A stretch of 64,000 nucleotides of DNA from contig NC_081354.1 of NCBI RefSeq assembly GCF_030684315.1, forward strand, positions 55,332,259-55,396,258, given 5' to 3'. The notes beneath the pieces are model-generated. The model was not told the origin of the DNA, did not search any database, and saw nothing but the letters and a program-made list of their open reading frames with translations. The translations under genes were made by a program, and so were the position numbers. Below are positions 52,421 to 64,000 of the stretch, piece after piece; the stretch's first letter is position 1; the number at the start of each line of letters is the position of its first letter. The DNA comes from Stegostoma tigrinum (Eukaryota).

Positions 52421-53604
52421 TAACTCCTTACACCATGTAGGGGTGGGTGCAAGCATATGCACATATTTATATATGTATGTGAAACACACAGTGTCATACA
52501 TACAAAGGTATAATTATTCATTAAATCAAATCAGTAACCAGAGATCAGTTTAAATAAATTAAGCATTGAAACTTTATAATATTCTTCCAGAGATTTTGAT
52601 TGAGTGTTACATACAGAGTAGAGTATTTACTAAAAAAATTTGTAAATACTTGGAACCAAAAACGGAAATGCTGGAAATGCTTGAGCCTGCAAAAATCAAC
52701 TCCATTTCATCCTCCACCTAGCCAGCCTTTACTGCTTTGATTTCAGATTTCCAGAACCCTCAGTATTCTATTGCTCATTATGTATAAAATACCCAGACTT
52801 GTCCCCATTGGGAGATGCTGAAAAACTGCACACCACTTGGGAGGGGAATGGCAAAACTAAAAACACTACTCTTGATGTGGAATATGTTCAATATTTTATT
52901 TCATAAATCCAGTTTGCTCTGATGCCTTGCTATAGACAAAGAAAATATAAAAATTGCTTCTGCCTATCTAACTACACCCAGCAAATAAGATACACTAAAA
53001 ACATACATAAAATTCTATTGCAAACATTCAACTTTTTCTTCTCCATTTAAAATTTACCAATAGGAAAACAATAGGAGGACATGTCAATCTACATTTGATT
53101 GTAGTAATCGATACATGTAACACCACAAAAAAAACTTATGTTTCTGCTTCGTAGTCAGTTAAGATAAAAAGCTCTTCACTTATTATTACAAATCAAAGCT
53201 CTTTTCAAGAATACACTGAAACTGAAATTCAATTGCTTTTAAAGATGCTTTTAGTCTCCTCCAGTGTCCCTTTCTTGAGGTTCAATGCATAACAAGGTTG
53301 CTGCAAACCTACTGCAGATTATGCTAGTCCCTAAAGCCAATGTGACAAAAATGTACACACTCCACCCATGGAGTTTTGTCCGCTGAATGGTTTCACAGAT
53401 CACTTTAAACATTAACATTTTTCTTAAAAACTCCAGGATGTTGTATGCGTATACACATACACAGACACTATTTCTTTTAAATCTGTTAGACAAAACATTT
53501 CATACAACTCTGAAGTTCAGTGGTGTTTCGCCATGAAATGACTATGATACCAAACATACCAACCCAATCTTGTTGCAACTGGTATAATCAAATGGTATAC
53601 TTTC

Positions 53605-53930
53605 AGGGAGGAATGGCCTAGTGGTATTAATAATAGATTATTAATCCAGAGACCCAGTTAATGTGCTGAGGACCCGGGTTCAAATCCATCATGGCAGGTT
53701 GTGGAATTTAAAATCCTGGAATTAAGATTCTAATTATGACCACAAAACTGTTTCCAATTGTTGGGGGAAAACCCATTGGATCCATAAACATCCTTTAGAT
53801 TTCCTTCCATCTTTGTGTGACTTAGTCCCGCAACAGTGTTGTTGACTCTTCACTGCCCTCTTGGCAATTAGGTGTGAGCAATAAATGCTGGCCCAGCCAG
53901 TGATGTCCTCATCCTATGATCGAATGAAAA
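53605..53930 (+). mobile_element. tRNA-derived SINE with L2-like tail
   Basis: A box tggcctagtggta, B box gggttcaaatcc, tail caataaatgctggcccagccagtgatg...gaatgaaaa. Confidence 0.8.
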
Positions 53931-54029
53931 GTTGGGCAGACGGGAGTATTTCATTATTACATTAAAAGGGGTTGGGGCAGTCAATCTATTGCCTAGGTAC
54001 AGATCTAAATACATTAACTACTTATTCAC

Positions 54030-54410
54030 TAGAATGTACAATATGAAATATGAGCCAGCAATTCGGCCCTCACGCCCACTCCGCCATTTAATACAACCCA
54101 TGGCTGATGATCTCATCTCAACCTCAACTTCACTTTCCTGCCTGCTCCCCATAGACTTTTAAATTAGTAGTGGGTTAAAGGGTTATTTCCTCCTTAAATT
54201 TATTCAATGTCCCAGTGTCCACTGCATGTTGGGATAGTGAATTCCACAGATTCAAGGCCATTTGAGAGTAGTAATTTTTCCTTGTCTGTTTTAAATCTGC
54301 TGCTCCCTATCCTAAAATTATGACCTCTCGCTTTAGATTGCCCCATGTGAAAAACATCCCATCTACACGTGCTTTGTCATCTTCTTTAGCATCTTATATA
54401 TTTCAATTGG
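54030..54410 (-). mobile_element. CR1 LINE 3' fragment
   Basis: - strand LWNSL.Q..V remnants and a 3' UTR with ggccgaat. Confidence 0.6.
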
Positions 54411-55037
54411 ATCTTCTCTCCCAGAACTGGACTCAAAACACTAACCGTGCTTTCTTCCCACTGATGCTGCCAGGCCTACTGAGCTTTTCCAGGAATTTCT
54501 GTAACAATGAACTTCTGCTTTAACCAAATTAACATCTCAGGTCAGTGTACTTATCAGCTAAAATTTTGGGCCATTTTAGGAGGCGACATATGCCTGACCC
54601 AAACAATGTTCCAGTCATGAATTCAGAGACAGGCTTGTGGGTGTATTGCAGAGTTAGAGGTGGAGATTTTCTGCAACAGACCACCTGGTGCAGTGGGTTG
54701 TAGTTGTTTAAAAAGGTAGCTGCTCAACTGCCAGAGAATACAGTCTCTTTCTGTAAGGAAAATATCTTGTTGTTGGAGCCCCAGTAGGTAAAAAAAAAAA
54801 ATCATTCATTCACCACCTAAAAAAGGCATGAACATAAATTTGCACCAAATTCCTCTTTGGCTTTTTAGAAATGCAAAGTTGGAGACCCAGTAATTATTAG
54901 AACACTCGTGATAAATTTGCAAAGTTTACAGGATGCAGAATAATAAATTTGTGTACAAAAAAAAATGATTCCCCCATCACCACACACCAGTGGAATCAAT
55001 CACAATAACTGAGCATCACTTGGTTAATCTCCTTTAC

Positions 55038-55218
55038 CTTTCCGTTCCCAGGTTGAGGTAAAGCTGACTGGTGTTCTGCAAAACATGTCCCTCCAGTTCT
55101 TTGTTCGCCAGTTTACGAGCGAGGTGGAGCAGAAACTCATTGTAGATGATGCACTGGGCCTCATTAGGTAGGACTGAGTTGTAAAACTGACATAGCAACC
55201 GAGTGGCTCGTACTTGCC
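55038..55218 (-). CDS. SH3TC1: SH3TC1 exon (most 5' exon found in the window)
   Basis: 181 bp, tctag/gtaaag; QVRATRLLCQFYNSVLPNEAQCIIYNEFLLHLARKLANKELEGHVLQNTSQLYLNLGTER; no further upstream exon recognised up to 64000. Confidence 0.92.
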
Positions 55219-55749
55219 CTAGATACAAAAACAAAAACTCAAGCAAAAAGAGCCGAAGGTGCTGGAGAATAAAGGATAATGACTGCCTTACCGTTTCCAA
55301 ATCTTCCAAAAAGTTTTAAACCAAATTTGCACACCATATATTATTACAGATCCCATACATGCAGTAGGATGACAACAAGATCGAAAGCATTAGTTCACTC
55401 AGTTGCAAGAACTAACCCAGAGACAAACTCTCTATTTTCACTTGGCAGCAGGTCCAAATATTCCAAACAGTATCACAATGGTGAGACGATTGAGTAACAC
55501 TGATTTATTGCCATGAGAACAACATGCACTGTTTCCTATAGTCTGTTCCTCCACATTTTTGCACACGAGCTCTTGTATGCTTGGACATTAATTTCACAAG
55601 CTAATCCAAAAGGACGACAAGAGAAGAAAGACCAAAACAGGTATTCCGTTTTGAATACTGTTAGGGAGATGGCTCACCAGAGGAAGGCAGCAGTAGCCAG
55701 GTTCACGGCACCATGGCTGGCTCTGCTGTACAGAAGGGCAGGAAAAAAA

Positions 55750-56266
55750 GAGTGGAAGGGCGATAGTCATTGGGGATTCAATTGTAAGGGGAGTAGACAG
55801 GCGGTTCTGCGGTCGAAAACGGGACTCCCGAATGGTATGTTGCCTCCCAGGTGCACAGGTCAGGGATGTCTCCGATCGGCTGCAGAACATTCTGAAGGGG
55901 GAGGGTGAACAGCCAGTTGTCGTGGTGCATATAGGCACCAATGATATAGGCAGAAAACGGGATGAGGTCCTACAAGCAGAATTTAGGGAGTTAGGAGCCA
56001 AGTTAAAAAGTAGGGCCTCAAAGGCAGTAATCTCAGGATTGCTACCAATGCCATGTGCTAGTCAGACCAGAAATGAAAGAATAGCTAGGATGAATGCGTG
56101 GCTTGAGAGATGGTGTAGGAGGGAGGGGTTCAGATTTTTGGGACATTGGAACCGGTTCTGGGGAAGGTGGGACTATTACAAATTGGACGGTCTACACCTG
56201 AACCGGACTGGAACCAATGGCCTTGGGGGTGCTTTTGCTAATGCTGTGGGGGAGGGTTTAAACTAA
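55750..56266 (+). pseudogene. CR1 ORF1 SGNH/GDSL esterase-like domain
   Basis: IVIGDSIVRGVDRRFCG...CLPGA.V.D...VVVHIGTNDIG...DGLHLNRTG...GEGLN*; open frame to TAA at 56264-56266. Confidence 0.88.
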
Positions 56267-56590
56267 TGTGGCAGGGGAATGGGAACCAAATATTGGACAG
56301 AAAAGAGGTAGAAACGAAAGCCTGTAGGGAACTAGATAACGGAGTCAGTGTGACTAAAGGGAACAGTAGTCGGGGAGCAGATGATGAACACAAAGGGACA
56401 GGTGGTCTGAGGTGCATTTGTTTTAATGTGAGAAGTGTAGTAGACAAGGCAGATGAGCTTAGGGCTTTGATCGGTACCTGGAGGTATGATGTTATTGCTA
56501 TTACTGAGACTTGGTTGAGGGAAGGGCATGACTGGCAACTAGTTGTCCCAGGATATCGATGCTTCAGGTGGGATAGAGAGGGAGGCAAAA

Positions 56591-56915
56591 TCAGAGGGTT
56601 AGATAGGGCGGATAGGGAGAGCCTTTTTCCTAGGATGGTGACGGCGAGCACAAGGGGGCGTAGCTTCAAATTGAGGGGTGAAAGATATGGGACAGATGTC
56701 AGAGGTGGTTTCTTTACTCAGTAGTAAGGGAATGGAATGCTTTGCCTGCAACGGTAGTAGATTTGCCAACTTTAGGTACATTTAAGGCATCATTGGATAA
56801 GCATATGGACGTACATGGAATAGTGTAGGTTAGATGGGCTTCAGATCGGTATGACAGGTCGCCATAACATCGAGGGCCGAAGGGCCTGTACTGTGCTGTA
56901 ATGTTCTATGTTCTA
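56591..56915 (+). mobile_element. CR1 3' fragment nested in the APE domain of the long CR1
   Basis: RGLDRADRESLFPR...RGGFFTQ and an atgttctatgttcta tail interrupt the host DREGGK|GGGVA motif. Confidence 0.88.
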
Positions 56916-59900
56916 CGGGTGGAGGAGTTGCAGTAATGGTCAAAGACAATATCACAGCCGCACTGAAGCAGGGCCCCATGGAGGGCTCAAGCAGTGAAGC
57001 AATATGGGTAGAAGTCAAATAGGAAGGGTGCAGTAACAATGCTGGGGCTGTACTACAGGCCTCCCAACAGCGAGCGGGAGATAGAGGTACAAATATGTAA
57101 ACAGATAATGGAAAGGTGTAGGAGAAGCAGGGTGGTGGTGGTGATGGGAGATTTTAATTTTCCCAACATTGACTGGGATTCACTCAGTGTTAGGGGTCAA
57201 GACGGAGCAGAATTTGTAAGGTGTGTCCAGGAGGGTTTTCTAGAGCAGTATGTATGTAGTCTAACTCGGGAAAGGGCCATACTGGACCTGGTGCTGGGGA
57301 ATGAACCCGGCCAGGTGGTTGATATTACAGTAGGGGACTACTTTGGAAATAGTGACCACAATTCCGTTAAGTTTTACAATACTCATGGACAAGGATAGGA
57401 GTGGTCCTAAAGGAAGAGTACTAAACTGGGGGAAGGCCAACTATACCAAGATTCGGCAGGATCTGAGGAATGTAGATTGGGAGAAACTGTTTGAAGGTAA
57501 ATCCACATTTGATATGTGGGAGGCTTTTAAGGAGAGGTTGATTAGCATGCAGGAGAGACATGTTCCTGTGAAAATGAGGAATAGAAAAGGCAAGGTTAGG
57601 GAACCATGGATGACAGGTGAAATTGAGAGACTAGCCAAGAGAAAAAAGGAAGCATACATGAGGTCTAGACGACTGAAGACAGACGAAGCTTTGCAAGAAT
57701 ATCTGGAATGTAGAGCGAATCTGATAAAAAGGGATTAAGAGGGCTAAGAGAGGACATGAGATATTGCTGGAAAACATGGTTAAGGAAAATCCCAAAGCTT
57801 TTTATTCATATATAAAGAGCAAGAGGGTAATTAGAGAAAGGATTGGCCCACTTAAGGACAATGAAGGAAAGTTATATGCTGAGTCAGAGAAAATGGGTGA
57901 CATTCTTAACGAGTACTTTGCATCGGTATTCGCCAAGAAGAGGGACATGACGGATGTTGAGGTTAGGGATAGATGTTTGCTTAGTCTAGGTCAAGTTGAC
58001 ATAAGGAAGGAGGAAGTGTTAGGTATCCTAAACGACATTAAGGTAGACAAGTCCCCAGGTCCGGATGGGATCTATCCCAGATTACTGAGGGAAGCAAGAG
58101 GGGAAATAGCCGGGGCCCTAACAGATATCTTTGCAGTGTCCTTAGACACAGGTGAGGTCCCAGAGGACTGGAGACTTGCTAATGTTGTCCCCTTGTTTAA
58201 AAAGGGGCAGCAAGGATAATCCAGGTAATTATCGACTGGTGAGCCTGACGTCAGTGGTAGGGAAGCGACTGGAGAAGATACTGAGGGATATGATCTATTC
58301 CTATTTGGAAGAAAATGGGCTTATCAGTGATAGGCAACATGGTTTTGTACAGGGAAGGTCATGTCTTACCAACTTAATAGAATTCTTTGAGGACGTGATA
58401 AAGTTGATTGATGAGGGAAAGGCCGTAGATGTCATATACACGGACTTCAGTAAGGCGTTTGATAGGTTCCCCATGGCAGGCTGATGGAGAAAGTGAAATC
58501 ACATGGGGCCCAGGGTGTGCCAGCTGGATCAAAGCTAGATGGATAAAAAAAACTGGCTAGGCAACAGGAGACAGAGTAGTAGTAGAAGGGAGTTTCTCAA
58601 ATTGGAGACCTGTGACCAGTGGTGTTCCACAGGGATCTGTGCTGGGACCACTGTGGTTTGTGATATATATAAGTGATTTGGAGGAAGGTGTAGGTGGTCT
58701 GATCAGCAAGTTTTCTGATGACACTAAGATTGGTGGAGTAGCTGATAGTGAAGGGGGCTGTCAGAAATTACAGCAGAATATAGATAGACTGGAGAGTTGG
58801 GCAGATAAATGGCAGATGGAGTTCAATCCGGGCAAATGCAAGGTGATGCATTTCGGAAGATCAAATTCAAGGGCGAACTATACAGTAAATGGAAAAGTCC
58901 TAGTGGAAATTGATGAACAGAGAGATCTGGGTGTTCAGGTCCATTGTTCCCTGAAGGTGACAACGCAGGTCAGTAGGGTGGTCAAGAAGGCATATGGCAT
59001 GCTTTCCTTCATTGGGTGGGGTATTGAGTACAAGAGTTGGCAGGTCATGATGCAGTTGTATAGGACTTTTGGTTCAGCCACGTTTGGAGTACTGTGTACA
59101 GTTCTGGTCGCTGCATTACCAAAAGGATGTGGATGCTTTGGAGAGGGTGCAGAGGAGGTTCACCAGGATGTTGCCTGGTATGGAGGGTGCTAGCTATGAA
59201 GGAGAGGTTGAGTAGATTAGGATTATTTTCATTAGAAAGACGGAGATTGAGGGGCGACCTGATTGAGGTCTAAAAATCATGAGGGGTATAGACAGGGTGG
59301 ATACCAAAAAGCTTCCCCCCACCCCCCCAAAGTGTGGGGGACTCAATTACTAGGGGTCATGAGTTCAAAGTGAGAGGAGGAAAGTTTAAGGGAGATATGC
59401 GTGGAAAGTTCTTTGCACAGAGGGTGGAGGGCGCCTGGAACGCATTGCCCGCGGAGGTGGTAGACGCAGACACATTAGCGTTTTTTAAGATGTATCTGGA
59501 CAGGTACATGGATGGGCAGGGAGCAAATGGACACAGACCGTTAGAAAATAGATGACAGCTTAGACAGAGGATCTTGATTGGCACAGGATTGGAGGGCCGA
59601 AGGGCCTATCCTGTGCTGTAGGTTTCTTTGTTCTTTCTTAGCGTTTGTCATTGTGATCACAAACCAGTTAGAACTACATTTTCATCTGTCCGGTTCAGAT
59701 ATACATAAACTCAGGAAGGCAGCCAACAGACAGCAACAGCACATTATTCTACTATTTTGTACCTCTTATCCCAAAAAGTGTTGACAAGTTAGCAGTAAAA
59801 AGCTTTAAAGACTATGAAAAGTGAGTTCTAGGTGCATATTAAACACCATTAACTCTGCGAATAATTTGCTCCTGTTTTCCAATGATAATTATTAGCTTTT

Positions 59901-61599
59901 ATCGTAGTTGCAGCCTAAATTGAACAAAAGACAAACCTCCTGTTTCATACTTCAGGTGTCACAGCAGCCAGAGCTGACAAAACTGTTTTGTTTAAACTCC
60001 CTGCTATCTTTGCAAGACAGCAGAAAAATGATAGATTTGTAACACATAAAAGACTCAGGAACAATTTGAAATAATTATTTAAAGTAACCGAGAATAGTTT
60101 CATACTGTTAGCTTCACCACAAAACTCACCAAAAGGAGATGTGACCAGATGTCCGAGACCCCTGTCTCCATCTACACTCAGCCGTCATGAAGACTCAAAG
60201 GGAACAGCTGAGCTTGCCCCACTACCCTGTGTTTTTCTCATGTCAATAAGCTCACGTTTCAGAGTGAATGCAATATTTTTGTGCCTGTTGCACCAATTTG
60301 TTGAGTGGCAACAGTTACAAAGCTAACTACTGCAGAAACTGGAAATCTGAAGTTTCAAAAGCAAACCAGAAATGCTGGATACATTCAGAAGATCAGGCAC
60401 ATTTGTGGAGAGATGAACAAAGCTAACATTTCACATTAACGATATTTCAAAACATAGGTGCTGCCAGATCTGTTGAGTGGTCCATGCAATTATTAATACA
60501 GTTTATACTGCATGCTATGTGATCTGATTAAAGAATGAAATAAGGTGGAAAACAAACCACATTATTCTGACTCTGCTTTCCAAATTGTAGATCCTGAGGT
60601 TTTGTACCTCTTCCACTCTATGGTATTTCTGCCATCATTTTGTAGGTCTACTAAAGTCATAGCAGATTTCAGCAGAACCCTGCGCAATATCAGGGTTATC
60701 CTGACTGCAGACTACAGATAACCCATCACAAGTCTGCGCTTCTGTAAGCATGCTGCACACCAGACGACATCTGAGATATAATATGAGGCATCTCTGAATG
60801 GTCGAAACAATTGAACTGTGTGCAAGCATGACAAATACCTGTTTAATGAACACACTGCAGTTGAGAGGATTGGGATAGCAGGTTTGCCTTTGTGTAGGAT
60901 TGCAGACTGCTGTCATCAGACACCGTTGCAGTGCATTAGCCAGAGCTGTGCAGTAACAGAGCCTCCAGTTTTCTGCCACCCCCACTTGAAAACATTGCAG
61001 GGGTACTGCATCATCTCACAATACCAGCATTGTGGCTGTTGCCAAGTAACCAGTCTTGACGAATATAACTAGTTACTAATTTCAAATTGTCTGCACTTCC
61101 AACCAGTGAAACTCCCGTGATCAGAGTAAAGAGCAAGTATCATATAATCACAACAGGATATCAAAAACTTATAGATGCCACATACATTAGAGAAAAGGGT
61201 CCCAGTAAAATTACATCAGCAAGGAGTGTGTTAATAGGGGAACACAGCTGCAGGCAAAGTGAGTACTGAATTAATTAACATAGAAACAAGCACATCAAGA
61301 AGTCCATACATGTCTGGACAAGGTCATTACACACGCACACACACCGCAAATCATGTGAAGTATGCAGTATTGCAGAAACAAATACTTAGCATTCCCTTCA
61401 TATTTTTGCCACCACTTGTCCTGACTGACTTCCATCAATTTCACTGATGGTTTATCTTTGAAGTCTTGAGAGTAATTATAAAGGCAAGTGACAAAAATCA
61501 GAACTTACTTCAACATGATAGAGGGGTTTGTCATTAATTGAGCAGCATAGATGAAAAAAAAAATGAAGTGACAGGGCCAGGGCAGAGGTAGTGAGGGAA

Positions 61600-62365
61600 A
61601 GGGGTATCTGGATAAATGCGAAGTATTTTATTTTGGTACAAACAGAGGTAGAACTTATGCAATTAATAGCAGGGCCTTGGGTAGTGTTGTAGAGCAGAGG
61701 GACCTAGGAGTTCAGATACATAATTCTTTGACATTTGCATCAGAGAAAGACAGGGTGGTTAAAGAGACACACTTGCCTTCAGTGCTCAGTCCTTTGAGTA
61801 TAGGAGTTGAGATTGTCGAGGGCATTACTGAGGCCTCTCCTAGAATGCAGTGTCCAGTTCTGGTCACCCAGTTGTAGGAACGTATTAAGCTGAAGAAATT
61901 TGCCAGGATGCCGCTGGATGTGGAAGGTTTGAGTTATAACGAAAGGCTGAATAGGCTGGGAATGTTTTCACTAGAGTGCAAAAGGTTGAGAGGTGAACTT
62001 TTTGAAGTTAAAATCATGAGGGTACAGATAGGATTAATGGTAGATGTCTTTCCCTAGGATGGAGGATTTCAAGACTAGGGGACACATTAAGAGGAGAGGA
62101 GAGAGATTTAAAAACCACGAGGGAAAGCTTGTTTTTTGAAAACACAGAGTGGTTTGCATGTGGAATGAACTTCCTGAGGAAGTGATGGATGTGGGCACAA
62201 TTACAACATTTAAGAGACATTTGGAAATATACACAAATAGGAAAGGTTTGAAGGGATATGGGCCAGGAGCAGGCAGGTGGGATTAGTTTAGCTTGGGATT
62301 ATGTTCAGCATGGACTGGTTGGACCGAAGGGTCTGTTTCTGTGCTGCATGGCTATGACTCTAAAT
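61600..62365 (+). mobile_element. CR1 LINE 3' fragment
   Basis: DKCEV, LGSVVEQRDLGVQIH and WNELPEEV remnants plus a tail. Confidence 0.8.
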
Positions 62366-63349
62366 AGTGGTGATATCACAGTGCCACTCCACTCCTCCAG
62401 CTGTAAACTGCTTTATCAAGCCATGAAACAAGTGGGAATGGGGTGGGCTGGGCTGGGTGAAGGAAGTTGGATGATTTACCCGCCTCAATTGTAGCAAATC
62501 AAGAGTAGGGGAGAATTGCAACTTCACCTTCAGGTGTATCCCAGCTATCTTTACACCTATTAGAACCACATCACAGGTCCACAGGCAGCCACTCTGCTGG
62601 CTGCTGTCAAACATGAAATACATAAGGCAAGTGTGGAGTTAGGGTGCCAGATAGATATGGGGTAGGGTACCAGATAAGTAGCATATAAGCTGTCTAGGGT
62701 TCATCTGGTTAGACATTAGGTAGGAGGCCAAATAGGTAAATAGTAGGATACTAGAGGTATGGTGCCAGGAGGAAGGTTAGCAGTTTGGTAGGGTATCAGC
62801 ATTTAGGGTGGCAAGTGTAGGTGGGAGGAATTGTGTCCAGGGGATTGGGGAGGGGGGGGCGGGCATGGGCGTGGTGGTGAAGAGGAAAAAAAGAGGGGGG
62901 GGGCAGTGATGTTAGTGGTAGGGTTGGCCAGGTAAGGAGGAGCAGGGTCAGCACCCCGAGTACACAGGCTGGGTCTGGAGTTGGTACAGGGAGATCTGAT
63001 CCAAAGCATGGCAACAGTTAAGTATATTTGAGGGGTGTGAGAGGTCAGGGTGGAGTCTGTTCAATAGTTACTCTGGAATTGATCTATGTACTTAAAACTT
63101 TTCCCGGTGTCCCAATTTACTAATTTCATCAAAACCCTCAAAATACCCCAAATAAAATATATTCTTTGAGGGTACCAGACACTCAAGATTTTCCCAGCAG
63201 CATCTTCAATTTTCCAGCAATTCCTTTGGAATCTGGTTCGATAGAGGTTCTGCAGGAGCCCAGTGGGCAATTCCCATCTACTACGAAATAACAATTGTCA
63301 GGCCTTTCGAAAATCTGGGCTGCTTCAAAGTCAAATAAGTAGGAGATTG

Positions 63350-64000
63350 AAGCAAGAGTAGAACATAAGGCCTTTTGAGCTTGTTCTGACTTTCAACAGT
63401 ATCATAGCTGATATCTGACTTCCATCGTACTCCCCTGCCTCCCTCTCTTGATTCCCCTAGCAACCAAAAATCTGCCTGTTTTAGCTTTATTAACACTTGA
63501 TGACTGAGCAGCCACAGGCCTTTGACACCGGATTCCAAGGATTCACAATTAAGTGAAAAAATTCTGCTCCTCAGTTTTGAACGGTTGATTCCCCATCCTA
63601 AAGGTAACAGCCCCTAGTCCTAGGCTCTCTAACCAGGATGGATCAATCATTGAACATCAATGTACAGGATTCTTACAGCTATGCAGAGGTGGCTTTGGAA
63701 GGTTGGAGGGAATGGGAGATTTCTGGTGATTTCGGTGGAGGTAGGATCTAAACAGCCCTAGCTATTAGTTACCCAGCTAGTATATTTTGATATGGAAGGA
63801 AAGGAAAAACTACACAGAGTACTTTCAGCTTTGGCCTCAAAGACCTGATCAACTGCAGCATTATTTGTCCCTCCTTTACTCCAGCCATCTTTCAAAAAAC
63901 CCAATGTGAAATTCGCTTTCCGTAACATGAAAATCAAAAGATATTTAAGAGCCTTTTGGAAATCCAAATATTCTACATCCATTGGTACTTGTGGCACAGA
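63350..64000 (-). mobile_element. CR1 LINE fragments
   Basis: 63350-63640 is a 3' end fragment; ORF 63758..63997 has MDVEYLDFQKA. Confidence 0.6.

Larger units (their letters stand above)
55610..59640 (+). mobile_element. Near full-length CR1 LINE (ORF1 esterase plus ORF2 APE-RT), antisense within an SH3TC1 intron
   Basis: ORF1 SGNH motifs GDS / HIGTND / DGLHLN; ORF2 pieces NVRS, ITETW, YYRPP, GDFN, SDHN, KSPGPDG, DFSKAFD and FSDDTK; several frameshifts. Confidence 0.95.

Noticed and set aside
59640-64000. Large central SH3TC1 exon
   Set aside because: No long TPR-encoding - strand frame is present; it presumably lies beyond the window

Overview
AT-rich vertebrate genomic DNA, almost certainly from a cartilaginous fish (shark-type CR1/HER1-like LINEs, HE1-like SINEs, Penelope-like elements). 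Two spliced genes lie tail-to-tail. On the + strand are nine internal coding exons (1276-19878) of a VWA2/AMACO-like extracellular matrix gene (VWA-Cys-rich-EGF-VWA-VWA). Its start lies upstream of the window, no second EGF exon could be found, and one intron has a GC donor. On the - strand are the last six coding exons (55218-34689) of SH3TC1. Most other ORF-track calls are transposon debris or chance. The most notable items are: (1) a young family of short Penelope-derived fold-back elements carrying minimal hammerhead ribozyme cores, with a one-sided tail and 14-16 bp target-site duplications, including a perfect 188-bp palindrome; (2) a near full-length CR1 LINE whose ORF1/ORF2 junction has an in-register U_UUA_AAC -1 frameshift heptamer overlapping a TAATG stop-start; (3) a VWA2-like gene in a syntenic position suggesting a retained ohnolog. 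All coordinates were read by eye, protein comparisons are from recalled sequences, and repeat boundaries are approximate.
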